Part shown: positions 19,026 through 28,510 of the stretch, in pieces
Position numbering within the stretch: the first letter of the stretch is position 1
Layout: each line of letters starts with the position of its first letter
NCBI GenBank assembly: GCA_000217635.1
Contig: CP001817.1
Location: 240,001-272,000, forward strand
Origin: Candidatus Saccharimonadota bacterium
GTDB taxonomy: Bacteria > Pseudomonadota > Gammaproteobacteria > Enterobacterales > Enterobacteriaceae
Direction: 5' to 3'
DNA length: 32,000 bases
The notes under the pieces: model-generated
Seen by the model: the letters and a program-made list of their open reading frames with translations, nothing else
Told to the model about the DNA's origin: nothing
Databases searched by the model: none
Position numbers and translations under genes: made by a program

Positions 19026-19736
19026 CTAATTCAATTTTTTAATAATAATTAATCCATTTTTTAAACTTATTTTAGTTATTTTTCCAATATATTTTAATGG
19101 AATTTGCTCAATAATCCAATATTCTCCTGCAATTGATATTAATTCAGCAAATAATTGTGTACAAAATATTTTTTTCGTTGTATCACCATTAGCTCCTGCT
19201 AAAACTCTACCTCGCATAGACCCATAAATATGTATATGACCGTCAGAAATTAATTCAGCTCCCGTGCTAACATTATTTGTAACAATTAAATCACTATTCG
19301 GTACATATATTTTTTGTCCAGAACGCACCGGATAATTAATAATATGTGCATTACTCGAGTTTAATACTGGTTTTTTTACAATATCTTTACTTATTTTATT
19401 CATTTTATTAATAATATTAAAATAATTTTTTTTATGACCTGAAAAAATTGGTAATCCTGAAAGTAATATTAAATCTCTTAATTTATTATTAATACATCCA
19501 TTTACACCAGAAATAAATAATCCAGTTGATGATATTGCGATTTTCATATTGATCCAGTCTACATTTTGTGATAAACCCTCAACATTTAATATAACAGGCA
19601 TATTTTTACAAAAATTAGGTGATTTTTTAAGTTGATTAAATATAGCTCGTTTTGTACGTTTAATGTTAATATCATATAAATATAATACTGGGATAAAAAA
19701 ATTACTACTTTTTAAAATAATTGATATTTTTTTCAT
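19026..19736 (-). CDS. minC: septum site-determining protein MinC
   Basis: The C-terminal domain PVRSGQKIYVPNSDLIVTNNVSTGAELISDGHIHIYGSMRGRVLAGANGD...IFCTQLFAELISIAGEYW matches E. coli MinC ([50 protein letters not shown]...IFCTNLMAELVSIAGEYW). Confidence 0.95.
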   Translation of the reverse strand: MKKISIILKSSNFFIPVLYLYDINIKRTKRAIFNQLKKSPNFCKNMPVILNVEGLSQNVDWINMKIAISSTGLFISGVNGCINNKLRDLILLSGLPIFSGHKKNYFNIINKMNKISKDIVKKPVLNSSNAHIINYPVRSGQKIYVPNSDLIVTNNVSTGAELISDGHIHIYGSMRGRVLAGANGDTTKKIFCTQLFAELISIAGEYWIIEQIPLKYIGKITKISLKNGLIIIKKLN

Positions 19737-19944
19737 GAATTTTTATTTCAGAATTATTAATATATATAGATATTAATAAAATATAGTTTAATTTAATATA
19801 GAAACTATTTTTTATTTTTAATAAAAATGTAATTATACAGCATTTGTTTTTATGTTTATAAAAAATTTTTATTAATATATCTTTACTAAAGATTATATTA
19901 TAATATTTAAATATTAAAATAATTTTATTTTTAAGTTTAAAAAT

Positions 19945-20976
19945 ATGAAAAATTCCTATGAATATAGAAAATATTTATCTAAAGAAAGTCAGATTTTGTT
20001 AAGAAATTTTAAAATAATTAAAAATAACTCAGTTATATTTTCTGGAATTATCCCAGATCAATTAAATTATACTGTATATTGTAAAAAATTTATTATTTAT
20101 TCTCAAAAATATAATATATATAATATCTTAAAAAAAATATACATCAATATATTATATTTAATAGAAATATTCAAAAAAAAAACATTTTTTAAATATAATT
20201 GTTTAGTTTATTTCTGGCCAAAGGATAATAAAGAAGCAGAATTTCAATTAACTTATTTACTATCAAAATTAAAAAAAAATTGTAATGTTTACATCATTGG
20301 AAAAAAAAGAAGTGGTATTAATAGAATAAAAAAACTGATGGAGCATTTGATAATATTTATCAAAATAGATTTTGCAAGGAATTGTATTATTTATCATGGA
20401 ATTTTAAAGAAAGAAATAAAAATTTATATTAAAAAATTTTTAAAAGAATATGTATGGAATGGATTAATAATTTATAATTTACCAGGAGTTTTTGGTTATA
20501 AAGGAATAGATCAAGGGAGTTTATTATTAATATCTACATTTAATAAATTTATACACGGAAAGATACTAGATCTTTGTTCAGGATCCGGAATATTAAGCGT
20601 AGCATTATCACATTTTTCAAGCAATATTCAATTAACTTTAATTGATATATATGATTCAGCTCTTTGGTGTAGTAAAAAACACTTAATAAAAAACAACATT
20701 TTAGGTAATGTATACGAAAGTGATTTATATTCTAATGTCCTAGAAAAGTTTGATTATATAATATCTAATCCTCCTCTACATGAAGACTTAAAATTAACCA
20801 CTAAAATTATTTATAATATAATTAAAAAATCTAAAAAGTTCTTAAAAATTAACGGAAAACTTAGAATTGTAACTAATTCTATGTATTGCTATAAATATAT
20901 ATTTAAAAAATATTTTAAAAATTATTGTATTATTTTAAAAACAAAAAATATAAGATTTATCAAGGTATTTATTTAA
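19945..20976 (+). CDS. rsmC: 16S rRNA (guanine1207-N2)-methyltransferase
   Basis: CLVYFWPKDNKEAEFQLTYLLSKL (E. coli [24 protein letters not shown]), LPGVFGYKGIDQGSLLL, ILDLCSGSGILS (SAM motif), YIISNPPLH (E. coli MIISNPPFH) and KLRIVTN match. The length of 343 aa is the same as E. coli RsmC. Confidence 0.9.
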   Translation: MKNSYEYRKYLSKESQILLRNFKIIKNNSVIFSGIIPDQLNYTVYCKKFIIYSQKYNIYNILKKIYINILYLIEIFKKKTFFKYNCLVYFWPKDNKEAEFQLTYLLSKLKKNCNVYIIGKKRSGINRIKKLMEHLIIFIKIDFARNCIIYHGILKKEIKIYIKKFLKEYVWNGLIIYNLPGVFGYKGIDQGSLLLISTFNKFIHGKILDLCSGSGILSVALSHFSSNIQLTLIDIYDSALWCSKKHLIKNNILGNVYESDLYSNVLEKFDYIISNPPLHEDLKLTTKIIYNIIKKSKKFLKINGKLRIVTNSMYCYKYIFKKYFKNYCIILKTKNIRFIKVFI

Positions 20977-20993
20977 ATAAATAATAAAAATTA

Positions 20994-21078
20994 TACCCGG
21001 AGCGGGACTTGAACCCGCAAAGCTAAAAAAGCCGAGGGATTTTAAGTCCCTTGTGTCTACCAATTTCACCATCCGGGC
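20994..21078 (-). tRNA. leuZ: tRNA-Leu (anticodon UAA), no encoded CCA
   Basis: The reverse complement is GCCCGGATGGTGAAATTGGTAGACACAAGGGACTTAAAATCCCTCGGCTTTTTTAGCTTTGCGGGTTCAAGTCCCGCTCCGGGTA. It forms a cloverleaf with a long variable arm, the anticodon loop CT-TAA-AA and a GGTTCAAGTCC T-arm. It is close to E. coli leuZ. Confidence 0.95.
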
Positions 21079-21109
21079 AACATATTATTTAAAAATAATT
21101 TTATATTAT

Positions 21110-21180
21110 AGGCGCGTCCCGGAATTGAACCGAGTTATACGGATTTGCAATCCGCTGCATCACCAATCTGCCAACGCGCC
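21110..21180 (-). tRNA. cysT: tRNA-Cys (anticodon GCA), no encoded CCA
   Basis: The reverse complement is GGCGCGTTGGCAGATTGGTGATGCAGCGGATTGCAAATCCGTATAACTCGGTTCAATTCCGGGACGCGCCT. The acceptor GGCGCGT/ACGCGCC, anticodon loop TT-GCA-AA and discriminator U are as in E. coli cysT. Confidence 0.95.
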
Positions 21181-21213
21181 TCTTAATATTTTTATACCAT
21201 TAAAAATTTTTTT

Positions 21214-21298
21214 CGGAGGAAGAGGGATTCGAACTCTCGGACGATTTCTCATCGGCGGTTTTCAAGACCGCTGCCTTAAACCACTCGGCCATTCCTCC
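21214..21298 (-). tRNA. serT: tRNA-Ser (anticodon UGA), no encoded CCA
   Basis: The reverse complement is GGAGGAATGGCCGAGTGGTTTAAGGCAGCGGTCTTGAAAACCGCCGATGAGAAATCGTCCGAGAGTTCGAATCCCTCTTCCTCCG. It has a long variable arm, the anticodon loop CT-TGA-AA and discriminator G. There is one A.C mismatch in the T stem. Confidence 0.93.
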
Positions 21299-21750
21299 TA
21301 ATATATGAATAAATCTATTATATAAAATATTTTTTTAAAAGTAAAGAGCTTAAAAATATTTTTAAACAAAATAATAGTTACTAAAAAACTAAGTGTTAGT
21401 TTTTTAATATTTTTAAATAATCATATCTTAATTTTTAAAGTAAATTTATAAAATATTATATAAATTAAATAATAAATGATATTTTTATATTTGTTATTAT
21501 TATTAAAATACGATATCTTTTTTAAATAATCCTAATAACGAAATATAGAATATGAATCTATAAATTATAATCAATTGTTTTATATATATAAATATGATTT
21601 AAGATATTGTTATTTCAATAATTTATTACTTATTTATTAACTATATCACTCTATATAAAAAAAACTCAATTAAATACATTCTTAAAATTTCTTGTTAATA
21701 TAATTTTATATTTTTATTGTTATATATATATTATAAAAATCAAAATTTAC

Positions 21751-22377
21751 CTAATTATCCCCAAATCTCCATGATATATTAAAATTTAAACCTTCTAACA
21801 TTGAATATGTATTTAAATTAAATAAATTAAAAATACTTTTTTTGACTTGATAACCAAAATCTATGAAAACTTTGTTATTTAAAAAACATTGTATACCTGA
21901 AGAAAAGAAAGGAGCTACAACTCTATTTTCATTTTCTAAAATTCTAACATTTGACGAAAGTTTTTCTATTTTTTTATTTGTAATTATTGCGCCTAATTTA
22001 GTATATAATGATAATTTTTTAGTTACTGGGAGAATAAATTTTGTTGTATATGCTATATCAGCAAAAAGAATTTTTGGTTTAGTAAATTTTAATGTGTCAG
22101 GGACTTGTCCAGCGATACGTGATAAAACTTCTAAATTAATATATGGATTAATTTTATATCCGAAAAACATACTAGAATTTATTTGTATCATACTCTGCAC
22201 TATATCACGATAAGCATTTTGATAAATATTTTGGTATTTATAAAAAAGGTCTTTAAAATCCATTGTTCCTGAAGTAATACCTACATACCATTTGTGCTTA
22301 TCAAATATTGATGCATGAGTGTTAGTATTAATTAAACTAGAAAATAACATAGCAAATGCAAATACTAATTTAACCAT
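21751..22377 (-). CDS. ompA: outer membrane protein A, N-terminal 8-strand beta-barrel domain only
   Basis: The signal peptide is MVKLVFAFAMLFSSLINTNTHA. KWYVGITSG matches E. coli TWYTGAKLG, and FFGYKINPYINLEV matches FGGYQVNPYVGFEM. The ORF ends YSMLEGLNFNISWRFGDN*, which corresponds to NGMLSLGVSYRFGQGE at the end of the E. coli barrel. There is a GGAG SD upstream. No periplasmic OmpA C-domain follows. Confidence 0.8.
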   Translation of the reverse strand: MVKLVFAFAMLFSSLINTNTHASIFDKHKWYVGITSGTMDFKDLFYKYQNIYQNAYRDIVQSMIQINSSMFFGYKINPYINLEVLSRIAGQVPDTLKFTKPKILFADIAYTTKFILPVTKKLSLYTKLGAIITNKKIEKLSSNVRILENENRVVAPFFSSGIQCFLNNKVFIDFGYQVKKSIFNLFNLNTYSMLEGLNFNISWRFGDN

Positions 22378-22677
22378 ATTTACGCTCCAAAATTTTCAAA
22401 TTAATAATTAGCAAAAAATTATTATAAGATATATTAATATGTATACCGTTTATATTTATCTTTTTCTTAAATATTAAAATCATAAATAATACTTTTTATT
22501 TTTTAATCTTCATTCTATATAAAGTTTTACCCAGTCATCTAATCAATTAATATTGAATACATTATTGAGATCAATTATATTACATTAATCATTATTTTTT
22601 TATTAAAAATTTAAAATATATATATTAAATAATGATAAGTATAATGTAATAATATCATATTAAATTTCCATAAATTT

Positions 22678-24228
22678 TTAATCATATACTATATAATGAA
22701 ATTGTTTTAAATTCATACCAAAACACCACAATGCTATCAGATATATACTGCTACTTATAAAACATACTAAAAAAATACGGGAAATACGAACCACTATATT
22801 ACCAATACTCCATGAAGGTATAAAATATAACATAAACCATAAAAATAATGACATTATTATTGTTGAACAAAAAATTCTTGTTAAAAAAAGAAACCATCCT
22901 GGTTGTAAATGAAATTTTTTTGTTTTATATAAAGCAACAAATAATAATAATGCATTAATCCATGCAGATATACTAATAGACAATGCTAAACCAGATTGTT
23001 TTAAAAAAAACACAAATATAATATTCATTATTTGGGTTATAAACAATGTAATAAAAGAAATTTTCATTGGTGTTATAACATCTTTAATTGAATAAAATGC
23101 TGTTGATAATACTTTAATAGACATTAACGCAGTAATTCCTAATGTATAACACAATAATATTTTTTGAGTCATAACTGTATCAAAATCAATAAAATGTCCA
23201 TATTCAAATAAAGCAATTATAAAAGGTTTGGATAAAATTGCTAAAAGTGCTGTGCTAGGAAAAGCAAGAGCAACAGCAATTCTTAATCCCCAATCTAATA
23301 ATCGAGAATAATCTTTATTAGCTTTTAAAGTATGATATTTTATTAATTTTGGAAAAATTAATGTACTAACTGAAACCCCTAAAACACCTATAGGAAATTC
23401 CATTAATCTATCAGCATAATATAACCACGATATTGAACCAGAATTAAACAAAGATGCAATAATACTATTAATTACTATTGAAATTTGTCCCGCTGAAACA
23501 CCTAAAATAGCTGGTGCAATTTTTTTTAATACTTTCTGTAATCCAGTATTATAAAAATTTAATTTAGGTAACACTAACATTTTCTTAATACTTAACATAG
23601 GAAGCTGATAAACAATTTGTAATATTCCTCCTATAATCACGCCCCATCCTAAAGATAAAATTTGCGGGCTAAAATAGGAATTTTTTACAAAAGTACTTAA
23701 TATTGTAAAAAATATCACGCTAAAATTAAGTAATATTGGAGAAAATGAAGGAATTAAAAAACTATTATATGTATATAAAATAGATGAAATGAAAGATGAT
23801 ATAGAAACAAAAAAGATATAAGGAAAAATAATTTTAAATAATTTAATACCTAAAGTTAGTTTACATATTTCACTAGAAAAACCTGGTGATGTTATTAATA
23901 CAATAGCAGAAGGAAATAACATACCTATTATAATTAATAATGCTAACGCTAATATTAATACTCCGAATACATTAGAAATAAATTCTTTTATTACTGTTTT
24001 TTTATGATGCGTTTTATATTCAGATAAAACTGGTATAAATGCTTGAGAAAAAGCTCCATCTGCAAAGATTCTACGAAGTAAATTTGGTATTTTAAATATT
24101 GAAAAAAATACATCTGTTTCAAAAGATGCACCAAATGTATAAGCAATTAAAAAATCTCGAACAAAACCTAAAATACGACAACCGGAAGTAACGACACTCA
24201 TTGATACTAAAGATTTCAAAAGATTCAT
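22678..24228 (-). CDS. murJ: lipid II flippase MurJ (MviN)
   Basis: MNLLKSL, FKIPNLLRRIFADGAFSQAFIPVLSEYK, GWGVIIGGILQIVYQLP, APAILGVSAGQISI, SWLYYADRLMEFPIGVLGV, LLDWGLR and PGWFLF are collinear with E. coli MurJ. Length is 516 aa versus 511. Confidence 0.95.
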   Translation of the reverse strand: MNLLKSLVSMSVVTSGCRILGFVRDFLIAYTFGASFETDVFFSIFKIPNLLRRIFADGAFSQAFIPVLSEYKTHHKKTVIKEFISNVFGVLILALALLIIIGMLFPSAIVLITSPGFSSEICKLTLGIKLFKIIFPYIFFVSISSFISSILYTYNSFLIPSFSPILLNFSVIFFTILSTFVKNSYFSPQILSLGWGVIIGGILQIVYQLPMLSIKKMLVLPKLNFYNTGLQKVLKKIAPAILGVSAGQISIVINSIIASLFNSGSISWLYYADRLMEFPIGVLGVSVSTLIFPKLIKYHTLKANKDYSRLLDWGLRIAVALAFPSTALLAILSKPFIIALFEYGHFIDFDTVMTQKILLCYTLGITALMSIKVLSTAFYSIKDVITPMKISFITLFITQIMNIIFVFFLKQSGLALSISISAWINALLLFVALYKTKKFHLQPGWFLFLTRIFCSTIIMSLFLWFMLYFIPSWSIGNIVVRISRIFLVCFISSSIYLIALWCFGMNLKQFHYIVYD

Positions 24229-25089
24229 TGTCTATAACCTTGGTCAATTTTACTTTCGATAATAATTTACTATTGGTTATCAATTATTTAAAAGACGATA
24301 TTTTTTATAATATTTATTAGTTTATATTATATAATATATAAATTAAGTAATGTTTTTGATTATCATTTTATGAACTTTAAATATTATTTCGTTATACCTA
24401 AATTAAACAATTATTTTTTTTAATAAAAATTAAATATACTTATATTATATAATGAATTTTCTATTTCTGATATAATATATACATAATAAAAATATTAAAA
24501 TAATATTTTAAAACTATTTAAATAAAATAAAAAAATAAATTTTAATATATCCCATATTTATGATGATTTTATCACAATAAATATTAATTTTATCAAAATA
24601 AAATAATATTTAATATATATAATTTCTTTAATATTGTAAGTTTATTATTGCATATATTCTATTTTTTTAAAAAATAGCGTAAAAATTTTTATTTTAATTA
24701 AAATTAATTAAAAATTTAATATACCAATATATTCTTATTATATTCATTAAAATTTAAATTGCATATTAGTCGATTTTCTTAGTATAATATGATATCTTAT
24801 ATATTTATAATTTTATCTATATAATAAACCAAAAACCATCTGAATTAAAATTATTAATTTTTTAAAAATTATTTTATATAATTCAATATAAATTTTATAT
24901 TATATACTTATAGAAATATATTAAGTAAGATTAAAAAAACAAAAATAAAAAAATTTTAATAAACGTTATAATCTAATACTAGTATATGAAAAAAATTAAA
25001 AAATACAAAAAATATTTTTTTAAATATGAATGAAAATAATTTACAATTACATTTATATACAATAATATAAAAAATATTTCAGAGGCTCT

Positions 25090-25479
25090 ATGTTTTATAA
25101 ATTATGGAAAATGTTTGAATTAGATAAAATCGCAATTGATCTACTTCTTTACCAACAAAGTCTTATCGTTTCTAATATTGTTAATGTAAACACTAAAAAT
25201 TATCAAGCTAAAGATATTAATTTTAAAAAAGCATTTATAGAAGCAGTACGACAAAGACAAAAAAATATAGAAAAAACAGATTTTTTAATAGACTACTCAA
25301 AGATAAAATTAATACAAAGAAAAATAATTTTTACTAAAAAAAATGCTGCAGTATCAAAAGATATCAATAATTTAGATTTAGAAAAATTAGCATTTTTAAA
25401 AAATTCGATTCTATATCAAAAATGTCTTGCTTCAATTAAACAAAAAGAAAAAATATTTTTAGATATTATTGGGTTATAA
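25090..25479 (+). CDS. flgB: flagellar basal-body rod protein FlgB
   Basis: SNIVNVNTKNYQAKDINF matches E. coli ANIANADTPGYQARDIDF. The C-terminal LEKLAFLKNSILYQKCL matches RERTQFADNSLKYQMGL. There is a GAGG SD 7 nt upstream of the ATG. Confidence 0.88.
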   Translation: MFYKLWKMFELDKIAIDLLLYQQSLIVSNIVNVNTKNYQAKDINFKKAFIEAVRQRQKNIEKTDFLIDYSKIKLIQRKIIFTKKNAAVSKDINNLDLEKLAFLKNSILYQKCLASIKQKEKIFLDIIGL

Positions 25480-25484
25480 TAAAT

Positions 25485-25910
25485 ATGATGAAATTATTCA
25501 GTACATATGATATAGCGGCTTCATCTCTTATTGCTCACGGAATTAATAATGAAATTATTGCAAATAATATAGCAAATTCAGAAAGTTTTATAAAAGACAA
25601 AAAAGGAATCAGACATCCGTATACCGCTAAAATATCAGTGTTTAAATTTTTACCTTTGAAAAAAAATGAAAAAAATATCGGAGGGGTATATATTTCTAAA
25701 ATAATAGAAAATAAAACACCGTATAATGTAATATATCAACCAAATCATATTTTTGCAAACAAAAAAGGGTTTGTTGAATCTTCTAATGTAAATATTTTAA
25801 ATGAAACTATAGCTAATATGGATTCAACACAAAACTATAGAACCAGCTTAGATATATTAAATACTATTAAAATTCTTATTTTAAAAACATTATCATTATA
25901 TGAAATATAA
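25485..25910 (+). CDS. flgC: flagellar basal-body rod protein FlgC
   Basis: FSTYDIAASSLIAHG...ANNIANSES, GGVYISKIIENKTPYNVIYQPNH...GFVESSNVNILNETIANMDSTQNYRTSLDILNTIKILILKTLSL is collinear with E. coli FlgC (FDIAGSALAAQS...ASNLANADS...[44 protein letters not shown]). Confidence 0.9.
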   Translation: MMKLFSTYDIAASSLIAHGINNEIIANNIANSESFIKDKKGIRHPYTAKISVFKFLPLKKNEKNIGGVYISKIIENKTPYNVIYQPNHIFANKKGFVESSNVNILNETIANMDSTQNYRTSLDILNTIKILILKTLSLYEI

Positions 25911-26141
25911 ATAAATTATATTTAACTGTTCAGACTACTAAAATATAGTTATATTTTAAATTAAAAAATTTTTCTTAACACAATAACATTTTAAAAAAAT
26001 TTTAATCTATTTAAATTTAGCTAAAATATAACTAAATTATCGTAATTATTAAAATTTAATATATTGATTTTTATTTTTTTATGTAATAAATTACCATCAT
26101 TAAATTTCTAAAATAACCTGATTATTAAGGAATAATAAATA

Positions 26142-26906
26142 ATGAATAAAATTATTAATTCAATGTTAAAATCTATAAATCATAATTTAACTGAGCAAAA
26201 AATGTTATTAAATAATATTGCAAATTCTTCAACCCCAAATTTTAAATCCAATTTATTTTATGATAAAACACCCAACCCATCGATTGATAATCCAACTACT
26301 AATGAACGCTATAATGATCCTGATAAACAAGAAGAATTAGTTAATGAAGACATTGAATTATTATTTGATACCATGATGCATAAAAATAATTTTTTCTCAG
26401 CAATAGATGAAAAAGGAAAAGAAGTTTTTATTAAAACTAATTTAAATGAACCGATTAAATTAAATCAAAAAAGAGAATTGGTTATCGATAAATTCCGTCT
26501 TTTAGATACTGATAATAATATAATTATTATTAAAAATGGATATAATGCTGTTATTCAACCGGATTATACTATTATTGTATCAAAAGATAATGATGAATCT
26601 AAAAAGAGTATTCTTTTAAGTAAAGTAAAGTCTATTTACTTAGAAGATACTGACGTTGTGCAAAGAAAAAATAGTAAATTTTGTGATTTAAACCAATCAG
26701 GATTAGAAAAATATAAAGAAAACGAATCTGAAATTTTAATTGGTAATATGCCTTATCATGTAAACAATGAAAGTGATGTTAATTTAACAGAAAATCTAAT
26801 TAAAACATTAAGTGACGTTCGCCATATTAAGGCAAGTATAAAAGTTGTATCACGTGCAAATAAAAATGAAGAAAGAGCTAATGTATTATTAAATGGCGGA
26901 ATGTAA
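26142..26906 (+). CDS. flgF: flagellar basal-body rod protein FlgF
   Basis: LNNIANSSTPNFKS matches E. coli ASNLANASTPGFRA. The C-terminal SDVRHIKASIKVVSRANKNEERANVLLN matches ANARRFEMQMKVITSVDENEGRANQLLS. Length is 254 aa versus 251. There is an AAGGA SD upstream. Confidence 0.85.
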   Translation: MNKIINSMLKSINHNLTEQKMLLNNIANSSTPNFKSNLFYDKTPNPSIDNPTTNERYNDPDKQEELVNEDIELLFDTMMHKNNFFSAIDEKGKEVFIKTNLNEPIKLNQKRELVIDKFRLLDTDNNIIIIKNGYNAVIQPDYTIIVSKDNDESKKSILLSKVKSIYLEDTDVVQRKNSKFCDLNQSGLEKYKENESEILIGNMPYHVNNESDVNLTENLIKTLSDVRHIKASIKVVSRANKNEERANVLLNGGM

Positions 26907-26936
26907 AATTTATTATTATATAGAGGAGAGTATTGA

Positions 26937-27728
26937 ATGATGATTTCTTCGCTTTGGATAGCTAAAACAGGTTTAGATGCTCAATTAACTAATTTAAATA
27001 TTATTGCAAATAATTTAGCAAATGTAAATACTAATGGATTTAAAAAATCACGAGCAATATTTAAAGATTTAATTTATCAAAATGATTATGCAATTCAAAA
27101 AAATAATCAACAAATAAATAATAAACAACAACCCCATATACAATTAGGAACAGGGGTAAAAACAATTGCTACCGAACGGATTAATACTCCCGGAAATCTA
27201 TCGCATACAGGATCATGGAATGATCTTGCAATTCATGGTCCGGGATTTTTTCAAATCCAATTAGAAAATGGAGATATTGCATTTACAAAAGATGGAGCAT
27301 TTCAGTTAAATAATATGCGTGAAATTGTTACAAATAATGGGTTACCCCTTTTTCCTTCTATTATTATCCCTAAAAATAGCGGGAAAATAAATATAGCTAA
27401 GGACGGTGTTGTATCTATATCCTCTAATGATCATTCTCCAGATACAGAAATCGGAAAAATTCAATTAGCAAAATTTAATAATTCTAATGGATTAGAAAGT
27501 ATTGGAAATAATTTATATCGCTCTACAAAAAATTCTGGAACACCAATTCTTAATGCATTAGACATATATGATAATAATGAATCAATTATGCAAGGTTATT
27601 TAGAGAAATCTAATGTCAATATTACTGAAGAATTAGTAAATATGATTCAAGCGCAACGAGCTTATGAAATTAATAGTAAAGTATTGACAGTAATAGAACA
27701 AATGTTTCAAAAATTATCTCAATTATAA
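26937..27728 (+). CDS. flgG: flagellar distal rod protein FlgG
   Basis: MISSLWIAKTGLDAQLTNLNIIANNLANVNTNGFKK...IQLGTGVKTIATERI...GLESIGNNLY...QGYLEKSNVNITEELVNMIQAQRAYEINSKV is near-collinear with E. coli FlgG. There are tandem ATGs at 26937 and 26940, and E. coli-like length favours the second. There is a GAGGAG SD upstream. Confidence 0.95.
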   Translation: MMISSLWIAKTGLDAQLTNLNIIANNLANVNTNGFKKSRAIFKDLIYQNDYAIQKNNQQINNKQQPHIQLGTGVKTIATERINTPGNLSHTGSWNDLAIHGPGFFQIQLENGDIAFTKDGAFQLNNMREIVTNNGLPLFPSIIIPKNSGKINIAKDGVVSISSNDHSPDTEIGKIQLAKFNNSNGLESIGNNLYRSTKNSGTPILNALDIYDNNESIMQGYLEKSNVNITEELVNMIQAQRAYEINSKVLTVIEQMFQKLSQL

Positions 27729-27762
27729 AAAATTAGAAAACTTAGGAGGCATCGTAGTTTCA

Positions 27763-28428
27763 ATGAAGTTATTCCAATTTAATTATAAAAAAATTTTTAT
27801 ATATTTTATATTAATATTTTGTATAATTTGTTTTATTACGTATTATAAAAAAACAAAAACAAAAATCACCTTTATACGAACAATCTATAACAAACCAGGT
27901 ATATTAAAAAAAAAACTACGAGAATATCCATCTTGGTTTTCAGAAAGTAAAAAATATAAAATTGGTGATTTAATTACTATTACCTTGAAAGAAAACATAC
28001 AAGCATCAAATAGCTCATTAAATCATTATAATCAAGAAAAAGAAAACAATACCGGGATAATATCACTACTAAAAAATAGTATTGATGCTTTATTACCATT
28101 TCAAAAAAAAAATACAGATTTTCAAAAAACAAATATAAGCGATTCGCAATCTTTTATTAATAAAGATAGCGCATTTGCTAAAAATGTTATTACAGGAACT
28201 ATTACAGGCATTATTCAACGAATTTTACCTAACGGTTATTTAGAAATTTTAGGAAAGAAAAGTATTATGATTAATAGTAGTATTGAAGATATTTATTGCT
28301 CTGGAATTATTAATCCTGAAAATATTGATAAAAATAATCTTATTTCTTCAACGCATATTGCTAACTGTAAAATTCATTACAAATATCATCATCCAAATAT
28401 TTATAAAATTAAAAACTTGAAATTTTAA
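27763..28428 (+). CDS. flgH: flagellar L-ring protein FlgH
   Basis: [19 protein letters not shown] matches E. coli [48 protein letters not shown] matches [38 protein letters not shown]...ANCKIHY also matches. There is an AGGAGG SD upstream. Confidence 0.88.
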   Translation: [221 protein letters not shown]

Positions 28429-28510
28429 AAATTTTTTAAAATCATTAATTGAACTTTCAATAAAAGTATTTTATACAGTAATAAAAAAATCTTCGTTATA
28501 AAAGGTTTAT

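Noticed and set aside
21053-21301. 82-aa + strand ORF
   Set aside because: It runs across the complements of tRNA-Leu, tRNA-Cys and tRNA-Ser. Its relatively high G+C comes from the tRNAs, not from coding potential.
21863-22213. 116-aa + strand ORF
   Set aside because: It is an antisense shadow inside ompA.
24986-25075. 29-aa ORF (MKKIKKYKKYFLNMNENNLQLHLYTII) upstream of flgB as a possible flgA/M/N remnant
   Set aside because: It has no similarity to FlgA, FlgM or FlgN, has a pure AT-codon composition, and is on the wrong strand for the E. coli flgNMA arrangement.
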